From contig NC_090371.1 in assembly GCF_036365525.1 (NCBI RefSeq), positions 16,369,422-16,433,421 on the forward strand: a stretch of DNA of 64,000 bases, in the 5' to 3' direction. The notes beneath the pieces were generated by a model that saw nothing but the letters and a program-made list of their open reading frames with translations, did not search any database and was not told where the DNA came from. Positions 10,052 to 22,659 of this stretch are shown one piece after another; position 1 is the first letter of the stretch; the number at the start of each line of letters is the position of its first letter. Source of the DNA: Heterodontus francisci. Its lineage: Eukaryota. Made by a program: the position numbers and the translations under genes.

Positions 10052-10160
10052 GCTTTATTAATAGAGGTTTAAGGTAAAAAGTACGGAAGTTATGTTAAGC
10101 CTTTATACAGCACTGCTTAGGCCTCAGTTGGAGTTTTGCACTCAATTTCATGGTCCCATG
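10052..10160 (+). mobile_element. Decayed CR1 ORF2 remnant, right part (continuation of 6187-6591)
   Basis: Reads approximately FINRG...EVMLSLYTALLRPQLEFCTQF, the block that follows GILGF in CR1 ORF2. Confidence 0.75.
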
Positions 10161-13100
10161 GAGGCAGGTTAGGAGATGGGACCAGAAGTGAAATTGGCAA
10201 AGAAAGCAGCAAGTCGGCTCCCCGACGTACTCCCACCTCTGAGTGATCTTGCTGGAGGTGGGGTGAGTCCAGCAGAGGCTCTCACCTGGCAGAGATTGGT
10301 TGCCGGCAGAGATGCCCCGCCTGGAAGAGACTCCCTGCTCGGCAGAGGCTCGCCATCCAGCAGAGACTTCCCGCCCAGTAGAGACTCCCCGCCTGGCAGA
10401 GACACCCCACCCAGCAGAGACGTCCCACCCAGTAGAGACTTCCTGCCCAGTAGAGACTCCCCGCCTGGCAGAGACACCCCACCCAGCAGAGACTTCCCAC
10501 CCAGTAGAGACTCCCCCCTCGGCAGAGACTTTCCGCGCAGCAGAGACATCCCACAAGCAGAGACTCCCTGCACAGCAGAAACTTCCCGCCTGGCAGAAAC
10601 TCCCCACTTGGCAGAGGCTCCTCACTCGGCAGACACACCCTGCCCAGCAGAGACTTCCCGCCCAGCAGAGACTCCCCGCCCAGCAGAGACTTCCCGCCCT
10701 GCAGAGACTTCCCACCCAGCAGAGATTCCCTGCCCATCAGACATTTCCTGCTCGGTAGAGACTCCCCACTCGGCAGAGACATCCCGCCAAGCAGAGATGC
10801 CCACCCAGTACAGACCCCCTGCACAGCAGAGACTTCCCGCCTGGCAGAAACTCCCCATTCGGCAGAGGCTCCCCACTGGGCAGAGACTCCCCACCCAGCA
10901 GAGACCTCCCATCTGGCAGAGACTCCCTACTTGGCAAAAGCTGCCCGCCCAGCAGAGACTCCCCGCCTGGCAGAGACTTCCTGCCTGGCAGAGACTTCCC
11001 ACTCGAAAGAGACTTCCCGCCCAGCAGAGACTTCCCACTCGACAGAGACTTCCCGCCCAGCAGAGACTTCGCACCAGGCAGAGATTTCCCGCCTGGCAGA
11101 GATATCCCCCCCAGCAGAGATTTCCTGCCTGGCAGAGACTTCCCACTCGGCAGGGACTTCCCGTCCAGCAGAGACTTTCCACTTGGCAGGGACTTCCCGC
11201 CCAGCAGAAATTTCCCACTTGGCAGGGACTTCCCGCCCAGCAGAGACTTCTCACCAGGCAGTGACTTCCCACTCGGCAGAGACTTACCGTCTGGCAGAGT
11301 CTTCCTGCTTGGCAGAGACTCCCCGCCCAGCTGAGATTTCCTGCCCGGCAGAGACTTCCCTCTCGGCAGATACCTCCCAACCAGCACAGGCTTCCCAGCA
11401 GGTAGGGACTTCCCACTCAGCAGAAACTTCCCACTCGGCAGATACCTCCCGCTCGGCAGAGACTTCCCTCCCACAAAGACTTCCTGCCCAGCAGAGACAT
11501 CCAGCCTGGCAGAGACCTCCCGTTCAGTAGAGACTCCCCGCCCAGCAGAGACTCCCTGCCCAGCAGAGACTGCCCGCCTGGCAGAGACATCCTGCCCAGC
11601 AGAGACTCCCCGCCTGACAGAGACATCCTGCCCAGCCGAGACATCCTGCTCGACAGAAACTCCCCACCCAGCAGAGATTTCCTGCCTGGCAGAGACTTCC
11701 CACTCGACAGAGACTTCCCGCCGAGCAGAGACTTCGCACCAGGCAGAGATTTCCCGCCTGGCAGAGATTTACCCCCGAGCAGAGATTTCCTGCCTGGCAG
11801 AAACTTCCCGCTCGGCAGAGACTTCCCACCCAGTCGAGATTACCCACTCGGCATAGACTTCCCACTCGGCAGAGACTTTCCACTTGGCAGGGACTTCCCG
11901 CCCAGCAGAGACTTCCCACTTGGCAGGGACTTCCCATCCAGCAGAGACGTCCCACCAGGCAGAGACATCCCACTTGGCAGAGACTTCCCATCTGGCCGTG
12001 TCTTCCAGCCTGGCAGAGACTTCCCATTCGGCACAGACTTCCCACTTGGCAGATTCCTCCCGACCAGCACAGGCTTCCCAGCAGGCAGGGACTTTCCACT
12101 CAGCAGAGACTTCCCGTCCAGCAGAGACTTCCCACTCGTCAGAGACTTCCCGCCTGGCAGAATCTACCCGCCTGGCAGAGACATCCCACTCGGCAGAGAC
12201 TTCCCGCTCGGCTGAGACTTCCCGCCCAGCAGAGACTTCCCACTCAGCAGAGACTTCCCGCCTGGCAGAGTCTTCCCGCCTGGCAGAGACTTCCCACTCG
12301 GCAGAGACTTCCCACTCGGCAGAGACTTCCCGCTCGGCTGAGACTTCCCACTCAGCAGAGACTTCTCACTCGGCAGAGACCTCACGCCTGGCAGAGACTT
12401 CCTGCCCAGCAGAGTCTTCCCACTCGGCAGAGACTTCCCACTAGGCAGGGACTTCCCGCCCAGTAGAGACTTCCCACTTGGCAGGGACTTCCCACTCGGC
12501 AGGGACTTCCCACCCAGCAGAGATTTCCCACTCGGCAGAGATTTCCCACTCGGCAGAGACTTTCCACTTGGCAGGGACTTCCCGCCGAGCAGAGACTTCC
12601 CACCAGGCAGACTTCCCACTCGGCAGAGACTTCCCGCCTGGCAGAGACTTCCTGCCCATCAGAGTCTTCCCACCAGGCAGACTTCCCACTCGGCAGGCAC
12701 TTCCCTCCTGGCAGGGACTCCTCGCCCAGCAGAGATTTCCTGCCTGGCAGAGACTTCCCTCTCGGCACAGACTTCCCACTTGGCAGGGACTTCCCACTCG
12801 GCAGATACCTCCCGACCAGCACAGGCTTCCCAGCAGGTAGGGACTTCCCACCCAGCAGAGACTTCCCACTCGGCAGAGACTTCCCGCCTGGCAGAGTCTT
12901 TCCGCCTGGCAGAGACTTCCCACTCGGCAGAGACCTCCCGCTCGGCTGAGACTTCCCACTCGGCGGAGACTTCCCACTGGGCAGAGACCTCACGCCTGGC
13001 AGAGGCTTCCCGCCTGGCAGAGATTTCACCCCAGCAGAGATTTCCTGCCTGGCAGCGACTTCCCACTCAGCAGAGACTTCCCACTTGGCAGGGACTTCCC

Positions 13101-16100
13101 ACTCGGCAGAGACTTCCCATCTGGCCGAGTCTTCCAGCCTGGCAGAGACTTCCCATTCGGCACAGCCTTCCCACTTGGCAGGGACTTCCCACTCGGCAGA
13201 TTCCTCCCGACCAGCACAGGCTTCCCAGCAGGTAGGGACTTTCCACTCAGCAGAGACTTCCCGTCCAGCAGAGACTTCCCACTCGGCAGAGACTTCCCGC
13301 CTGGCAGAGACATCCCACTCGGCAGAGACTTCCGGCCCAGCAGAGACTTCCAACTCGTCAGAGACTTCCCAATCGGCAGAGACTTCCCGCCTGGCAGAGT
13401 CTTCCCACTCAGCAGAGACTTCTCACTCGGCAGAGACCTCACGCCTGGCAGAGACTTCCTGCCCAGCAGAGTCTTCCCACTCGGCAGAGACTTCCCACTA
13501 GGCAGGCACTTCCCGCCCAGTAGAGACTTCCCACTCGGCAGGGACTTCCCACTCGGCAGGGACTTCCCACCCAGCAGAGATTTCCCACTTGGCAGAGATT
13601 TCCCACTCGGCAGAGACTTTCCACTCGGCAGATACCTCCCGACCAGCACAGACTTCCCATTCGGCAGAGACATCCCACCCAGCAGAGACTTCCCGCCCAG
13701 CAGAGACTTCCCACCAGGCAGACTTTCCACTCGGCAGAGACTTCCCGCCTGGCAGAGTCTTCCCACTCGGCAGAGACTTCCCACCCAGCAGAGACATCCC
13801 ACTCGGGAGAGACTTCCCGTCCCGTAGAGACTTCCCACTTGGCAGGGACTTCCCACTCGGCAGGGACTTCCCACTCGTCAGAGACTTCCCGCCTGGCAGA
13901 ATCTACCCGCCTGGCAGAGACATCCCACTCGGCAGAGACTTCCCACCCAGCATAGACTTCCCACTCGGCAGAGACTTCCCGCCTGGCAGAGTCTTCCCGC
14001 CTGGCAGAGACTTCCCACTCGGCAGAGACTTCTCACTCGGCAGAGACCTCACGCCTGGCAGAGACTTCCTGCCCAGCAGAGTCTTCCCACTCGGCAGAGA
14101 CTTCCCACTAGGCAGGGACTTCCCGCCCAGTAGAGACTTCCCACTTGGCAGGGACTTCCCACTCGGCAGGGACTTCCCACCCAGCAGAGATTTCCCACTC
14201 GGCAGAGATTTCCCACTCGGCAGAGACTTTCCACTTGGCAGGGACTTCCCGCCTGGCAGAGACTTCCTGCCCAGCAGAGTCTTCCCACCAGGCAGACTTC
14301 CCACTCGGCAGGCACTTCCCTCCTGGCAGGGACTCCTCGCCCTGCAGAGATTTCCTGCCTGGCAGAGACTTCCCTCTCGGCACAGACTTCCCACTTGGCA
14401 GGGACTTCCCACTCGGCAGATACCTCCTGACCAGCACAGGCTTCCCAGCAGGTAGGGACTTCCCACCCAGCAGAGACTTCCCACTCGGCAGAGACTTCCC
14501 GCCTGGCAGAGTCTTTCCGCCTGGCAGAGACTTCCCACTCGGCAGAGACCTCCCGCTCGGCTGAGACTTCCCACTCGGCGGAGACTTCCCACTGGGCAGA
14601 GACCTCACGCCTGGCAGAGGCTTCCCGCCTGGCAGAGATTTCACCCCAGCAGAGATTTCCTGCCTGGCAGCGACTTCCCACTCAGCAGAGACTTCCCACT
14701 TGGCAGGGACTTCCCATCCAGCAGAGACGTCCCACCAGGCAGAGACTTCCCACTCGGCAGAGACTTCCCATCTGGCCGAGTCTTCCAGCCTGGCAGAGAC
14801 TTCCCATTCGGCACAGCCTTCCCACTTGGCAGGGACTTCCCACTCGGCAGCTTCCTCCCGACCAGCACAGGCTTCCCAGCAGGTAGGGACTTTCCACTCA
14901 GCAGAGACTTCCCATCCAGCAGAGACTTCCCACTCGGCAGAGACTTCCCGCCTGGCAGAGACATCCCACTCGGCAGAGACTTCCGGCCCAGCAGAGACTT
15001 CCAACTCGTCAGAGACTTTCCAATCGGCAGAGACTTCCCGCCTGGCAGAGTCTTCCCACTCGGCAGAGACCTCACGCCTGGCAGAGACTTCCTGCCCAGC
15101 AGAGTCTTCCCACTCGGCAGAGACTTCCCACTAGGCAGGCACTTCCCGCCCAGTAGAGACTTCCCACTCGGCAGGGACTTCCCACCCAGCAGAGATTTCC
15201 CACTTGGCAGAGATTTCCCACTCGGCAGAGACTTTCCACTTGGCAGGGACTTCCCGCCGAGCAGAGACTTCCCACCAGGCAGAGACATCCTGCCCAGCAG
15301 AGTCTTCCCACTCGGCAGAGACTTCCCACGAGGCAGAGTCTTCCCGCCTGGCAGAGACTTCCCACTCGGCAGGCACTTCCCTCCTGGCAGGGACTGCTCG
15401 CCCAGCAGAGATTTCCTGCCTGGCAGAGACTTCCCACTCGGTAGAGATTTCCCACTCGGCAGGGACTTCCCACCAGGCAGAGACTTCCTGCCCAGCAGAG
15501 TTTTCCCACTTGGCAGAGACTTCCCACGAGGCAGAGTCTTCCCGCCAGGCAGAGACTTCCCACTCGGCAGGCACTTCCCTCCTGGCAGGGACTCCTCGCC
15601 CAGCAGAGATTTCCTGCCTGGCAGAGACTTCCCTCTCGGCACAGACTTCCCACTTGGCAGGGACTTCCCACTCGGCAGATACCTCCCGACCAGCACAGAC
15701 TTCCCATTTGGCAGAGACATCCCACCCAGCAGAGACTTCCCGCCCAGCAGAGACTTCCCACCAGGCAGACTTTCCACTCGGCAGAGACATCCCGCCTGGC
15801 AGAGTCTTCCCACTCGGCAGAGATTTCCCGCTCGGCTGAGACTTTCCACTCGGCAGAGACATCCCGCCTGGCAGAGTCTTCCCACTCGGCAGAGATTTCC
15901 CGCTCGGCTGAGACTTCCCACTCGGCAGAGACATCCCGCTCGGCTGAGACTTCCCACTGGGCAGAGACCTCACGCCTGGCAGAGACATCCCGCTCTGCTG
16001 AGACTTCCCACTCGGCAGAGACTTCCCACCTGGCAGAGTCTCTCCGCCTGGCAGAGGCTTCCCGCTCGGCTGAGACTTCCCACTCGGCAGAGACTTCCCA

Positions 16101-19100
16101 CCCAGCATAGACTTCCCACTCGGCAGAGACTTCCCGCCTGGCAGAGTCTTCCCGCCTGGCAGAGACATCCCACTCGGCAGAGACTTCCCGCCCAGCAGAG
16201 ACTTCCCACCCAGCATAGACTTCCCATTCGGCAGGGACTTCCCACCCAGCAGAATCTTCCCACTCGGCTGAGTCTTCCCACTCGGCAGAGACTTCCCACC
16301 CAGCAGAGACCTCCCACTCGGCAGAGACGTCCCGCCTGGCAGAGTCTTTCCGCTCGGCTGAGACTTCCCACTCGGCAGAGACTTCCCGCTCGGCAGAGAC
16401 CTCACGCCTGGCAGAGACTTCCCGCTCGGCTGAGACTTCCCACTCGGCAGAGACTTCCCGCCTGGCAGAGTCTTTCCGCTCGGCTGAGACTTCCCACTCG
16501 GCAGAGACTTCCCGCTCGGCTGAGACTTCCCACTGGGCAGAGACCTCACGCCTGGCAGAGACTTCCCGCTCGGCTGAGACTTCCCACTCGGCAGAGACAT
16601 CCCACTCGGCAGAGACTTCCGGCCCAGCAGAGACTTCCCACTCGGCATAGACTTCCCGCTCGGCTGAGACTTCCCACTCGGCAGAGACCTCACGCCTGGC
16701 AGAGACTTCCTGCCCAGCAGAGTCTTCCCACTCGGCAGAGACTTCCCACTAGGCAGGGACTTCCCACTCGGCAGGCACTTCCCTCCTGGCAGGGACTCCT
16801 CGCCCAGCAGAGATTTCCTGCCTGGCAGAGACTTCCCTCTCGGCACAGACTTCCCACTTGGCAGGGACTTCCCACTCGGCAGATACCTCCCGACCAGCAC
16901 AGACTTCCCATTCGGCAGAGACATCCCACCCAGCAGAGACTTCCCGCCCAGCAGAGACTTCCCACCAGGCAGACTTTCCACTCGGCAGAGACTTCCCGCC
17001 TGGCAGAGTCTTCCCACTCGGCAGAGACTTCCCACCCAGCAGAGACATCCCACTCGGGAGAGACTTCCCGTCCCGTAGAGACTTCCCACTCGGCAGGGAC
17101 TTCCCACTAGGCAGGGACTTCCCGTCCCGTAGAGACTTCCCACTTGGCAGGGACTTCCCACTCGGCAGGGACTTCCCACTTGGCAGGGACTTCCCGCCTG
17201 GCAGAGTCTTCCCACTCGGCAGAGACTTCCCACCCAGCAGAGACCTCCCACTCGGCAGAGACTTCCTGCCTGGCAGAGTCTTCCCACTCGGCATAGACTT
17301 CCCGCTCGGCTGAGACTTCCCACTCGGCAGAGACCTCACGCCTGGCAGAGACTTCCTGCCCAGCAGAGTCTTCCCACTCGGCAGAGACTTCCCACTAGGC
17401 AGGGACTTCCCACTCGGCAGGCACTTCCCTCCTGGCAGGGACTCCTCGCCCAGCAGAGATTTCCTGCCTGGCAGAGACTTCCCTCTCGGCACAGACTTCC
17501 CACTTGGCAGGGACTTCCCACTCGGCAGATACCTCCCGACCAGCACAGACTTCCCATTCGGCAGAGACATCCCACCCAGCAGAGACTTCCCGCCCAGCAG
17601 AGACTTCCCACCAGGCAGACTTTCCACTCGGCAGAGACTTCCCGCCTGGCAGAGTCTTCCCACTCGGCAGAGACTTCCCACCCAGCAGAGACATCCCACT
17701 CGGGAGAGACTTCCCGTCCCGTAGAGACTTCCCACTCGGCAGGGACTTCCCACTAGGCAGGGACTTCCCGTCCCGTAGAGACTTCCCACTTGGCAGGGAC
17801 TTCCCACTCGGCAGGGACTTCCCACTTGGCAGGGACTTCCCGCCTGGCAGAGTCTTCCCACTCGGCAGAGACTTCCCACCCAGCAGAGACCTCCCACTCG
17901 GCAGAGACTTCCCGCCTGGCAGAGTCTTTCCGCTCGGCTGAGACTTCCCACTCGGCAGAGACTTCCCGCTCGGCTGAGACTTCCCACTGGGCAGAGACCT
18001 CACGCCTGGCAGAGACTTCCCGCTCGGCTGAGACTTCCCACTCGGCAGAGACTTCCCACTCGGCAGAGACTTCCCGCTCGGCTGAGACTTCCCACTGGGC
18101 AGAGACCTCACGCCTGGCAGAGACTTCCCGCTCGGCTGAGACTTCCAACTCGTCAGAGACTTCCCACTCGGCAGAGACTTCCCACTCGGCAGAGACCTCA
18201 CGCCTGGCAGAGACTTCCTGCCCAGCAGAGACTTCCCACTCGGCAGAGACTTCCCACTCGGCAGAGACCTCACGCCTGGCAGAGACTTCCTGCCCAGCAG
18301 AGTCTTCCCACTCGGCAGAGACTTCCCACTAGGCAGGGACTTACCGTCCCGTAGAGACTTCCCACTTGGCAGGGACTTCCCACTTGGCAGGGACTTCCCA
18401 CACAGCAGAGATTTCCCACTCGGTAGAGATTTCCCACTCGGCAGGGACTTCCCACCAGGCAGAGACTTCCTGCCCAGCAGAGTTTTCCCACTTGGCAGAG
18501 ACTTCCCACGAGGCAGAGTCTTCCCGCCAGGCAGAGACTTCCCACTCGGCAGGCACTTCCCTCCTGGCAGGGACTCCTCGCCCAGCAGAGATTTCCTGCC
18601 TGGCAGAGACTTCCCTCTCGGCACAGACTTCCCACTTGGCAGGGACTTCCCACTCGGCAGATACCTCCCGACCAGCACAGGCTTCCCAGCAGATAGGGAC
18701 TTCCCACCCAGCAGAGACTTCCCACTCGGCAGAGACTTCCCGCCTGGCAGAGTCATTCCGCCTGGCAGAGACTTCCCACTCGGCAGAGACTTCCGACAGG
18801 GCAGACACCTCACGCCTGGCAGAGGCTTTCCGCTTGGCAGTGATTTCACCCCCAGCAGAGATTTCCTGCCTGGCAGCGACTTCCAACTCAGCAGAGACTT
18901 CCCACTTGGCAGGGACTTCCCATCCAGCAGAGATGTCCCACCAGGCAGAGACTTCCCACTCGGCAGAGACTTCCCACTCGGCAGATTTCTCCCGACCAGC
19001 ACAGGCTTCCCAGCAGGTAGGGACTTTCCACTCAGCAGAGACTTCCCGTCCAGCAGAGACATCCCATTCGGCAGAGACTTCCCGCCTGGCAGAGACTTCC

Positions 19101-22100
19101 CACTCGGCATAGACTTCCCGCTTGGCTGAGACTTCCCACTCGGCAGAGACCTCACGCCTGGCAGAGACTTCCTGCCCAGCAGAGTCTTCCCACTCGGCAG
19201 AGACTTCCCACTAGGCAGGGACTTCCCGCCCAGTAGAGACTTCCCACTCGGCAGAGACGTCCCACCCAGCATAGACTTCCCACTCGGCAGAGACTTCCCA
19301 CCTGGCAGAGTCTTCCCGCCTGGCAGAGACATCCCACTCGGCAGAGACTTCCCGCCCAGCAGAGACTTCCCACCCAGCATAGACTTCCCATTCGGTAGGG
19401 ACTTCCCACCCAGCAGAGATTTCCCACTCGGCAGAGACTTCCCACTCGGCAGGGACTTCCCACCCAGCAGAGATTTCCCACTCGGCAGAGACTTCCCACT
19501 CGGCAGGGACTTCCCACCCAGCAGAGATTTCCCACTCGGCAGAGATTTCCCACTCGGCAGAGACTTCCCACTCGGCAGGGACTTCCCACCCAGCAGAGAT
19601 TTCCCACTCGGCAGAGATTTCCCACTCAGCAGAGACTTCCCACTCGGCAGAGACTTCCCGCTCGGCTGAGACTTACCTCTCGGCAGAGACTTCCCGCTTG
19701 GCTGAGACTTCCCACCTGGCAGAGTCTCTCCGCCTGGCAGAGGCTTCCCGCTCGGCAGAGACTTCCCACTCGGCAGAGACTTCCCACCCAGCATAGACTT
19801 CCCACTCGGCAGAGACTTCCCACTAGGCAGGGACTTCCCACCCAGCAGAGACTTCCCACTCGGCAGAGACTTCCCACTCGGCAGGGACTTCCCACCCAGC
19901 AGAGATTTCCTGCCTGGCAGAGAATTCCCACTCGGCAGAGACTTCCCACTAGGCAGAGACTTCCCGCCCGGCAGAGACTTCCCACTCGGCAGGGACTTCC
20001 CACTCGGCAGAGACTTCCTGCTCGGCAGAGACTTCCCGCTCGGCAGAGACTTCCCTACAGGCAGGGACTTCCCACTCGGCAGAGACTTCCCACTCGGCAG
20101 AGATTTCCCGCTCAGCTGGTACTTCCCACTCGGCAGAGATTTCCCGCTCGGCAGAGACTTCCCACTCGGCAGAGACTTCCCACTCGGCAGAGATTTCCCG
20201 CTCGGCAGTGACTTCCCACTCGGCAGAGACTTCCCGCTCGGCAGAGACTTCCCACTCGGCAGAGATTTCCCACTCGGCGGAGATTTCCCGCTCGGCAGAG
20301 ACTTCCCTCTCGGCACAGACTTCCCACTCGGCAGAGATTTCCCACTCGGCAGAGACTTCCGCTCGGCAGAGACCTCCCACTTGGCAGAGGCCTCCTACCC
20401 AGCAGGGACTTCCCAACTGGCAGAGACTTTCCACCAGGCAGAGACTTCCCACCCGTCAGAGACTTCCCAACAGGCAGAGACTTCCTACTCGGCAGTGACG
20501 TCCCGCCTGGCAGAGACTCCCCACACAGGCAGAGACTCCCCACTCAGCAGAGACTCCCTGCCCAGCAGAGGCATCCCGCTCGGCAGAGACTCCCCACACA
20601 GGCAGAGACTCCCCACTCAGCAGAGACTCCCTGCCCAGCAGCGGCATCCCGCTCGGCAGAGCCTCCCCTCACAGGCAGAGCCTCCCCACACAGGCAGAGA
20701 CTCCCCACTCAGCAGAGACTCCCTGCCCAGCTGAGGCTTCCCGCTCAGCAGAGACTCCCCGCCCAGCAGAGACTCCCCGCCCAGCAGAGAATTCCTGCCC
20801 AGCAGAGACTTCCCGCTCAGCAGAGACTTCCCGCCCAACGGAGACCTCCCACTCGGCACGGACTTCCCACACAGCAGAGACTTCCCACTCGGCAGAGACT
20901 TCCCACCCAGCAGAGATTTCCTGCCTGGCGGAGAATTCCCACTCGGCAGAGACTTCCCACCAGGCAGAGAATTCCCGCCCAGCAGGGACTTCCCACTCGG
21001 CAGGCACTTCCCTCCTGGCAGGGACTCCTCACCCAGCAGAGATTTCCTGCCTGGCAGAGACTTCCCACTTGGCGGGTACTTCCCACTCGGCAGAGACTTC
21101 CCGCTCGGCTGAGACTTCCCGCTCGGCTGAGACTTCCCACCTGGCAGAGACTTCCCGCCTGGCAAAGAGAACCCACCCAGCAGAGACTTTCCACCCAGCA
21201 GAGACTTCCCAACAGGCAGAGACATCCCGGCTGGCAAAGACAACCCTCCCAGCAGAGACTTCCCACCAGGCAGAGATTTCCCACCCAGCAGAGACTTCCC
21301 ACTCGGCAGAGATTTCCCGCTCGGCAGAGACTTCCCACTCGGCAGAGACTTCCTGCTCGGCAGAGACTTCCCACTAGACAGAGATTTCCCTCTAGGTAGA
21401 GACTTCCCACTCGGCAGAAACATCCCGCTCGGCAGAGACTTCCCACTCGGCAGAGACTTCCCGCTTGGCAGAGACTTCCCACTCGGCAGAGATTTCCCAC
21501 TCGGCAGAGACTTCCCGCTCGGCACAGACTTCCCACTTGGCAGAGGCCTCCTACCCAGCAGGGACTTCCCAACAGGCAGAGACTTTCCACCAGGCAGAGA
21601 CTTCCCACCCGTCAGAGACTTCCCAACAGGCAGAGACTTCCTACTCGGCAGTGACGTCCCGCCTGGCAGAGACTCCCCACACAGGCAGAGACTCCCCACT
21701 CAGCAGAGACTCCCTGCCCAGCAGAGGCTTCCCGCTCGGCAGAGCCTCCCCACACAGGCAGAGACTCCCCACACAGGCAGAGACGCCCCGCTCAACAGAG
21801 ACACCCTGCCCATCAGAGGCTTCGCGCTCGGCAGAGCCTCCCCACACAGGCAGAGACTCCCCACACAGGCAGAGACTCCCCGCTCAACAGAGACTGCCTG
21901 CCCAGCAGAGGCTTTCCGCTCGGCAGAGCCTCCCCACACAGGCAGAGACTCCCCACTCAGCAGAGACTCCCTGCCCAGCTGGGGCTTCCCGCTCGGCAGA
22001 GACTCCCCGCCCAGCAGAGACTCCCCGCCCAGCAGAGAATTCCTGCCCAGCAGAGACTTCCCGCTCAGCAGAGACTTCCCGCCCAACGGACACTGCCCAC

Positions 22101-22659
22101 TCGGCACAGACTTCCCACACAGCAGAGACTTCCCACTCGGCAGAGACTTCCCACTCGGCAGAGACTTCCCACCCAGCAGAGATTTCCTGCCTGGCGGAGA
22201 ATTCCCACTTGGCAGAGACTTCCCACCAGGCAGAGAATTCCCGCCCAGCAGACACTTCCCACTCGGCAGGGACTTCCCACTCGGCAGAGACTTCCTGCTC
22301 GGCAGAGACTTCCCGCTCAGCTGTGACTTCCCTACAGGCAGGGACTTCTCGCTCGGCAGAGTCTTCCCACTCGGCAGAGACTTCCCACTCGGCAGACACT
22401 TCCCGCTCGGCAGAGACTTCCAACTCGGCAGAGACTTCCCGCTCGGCAGAGACTTCCCACCCAGCAGAGACTTCCCACCAGGCAGAGACTTCCCGCTCGG
22501 CAGAGACTTCCCACTAGGCAGAGTCTTCCCGCCTGGCAGAGACTTCCCACTTGGCAGGCACTTCCCTCCTGGCAGGGACTCCTCACCCAGCAGAGATTTC
22601 CTGCCTGGCGGGGACTTCCCACTCGGCAGAGACTTCCCACTAGGCAGGGAATTCCCGCC

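Noticed and set aside
12088-12099. GGGACTTTCCAC as viral enhancer or vector contamination (SV40/HIV kB site)
   Set aside because: It is an in-register one-base variant of the array monomer, with no flanking viral sequence.
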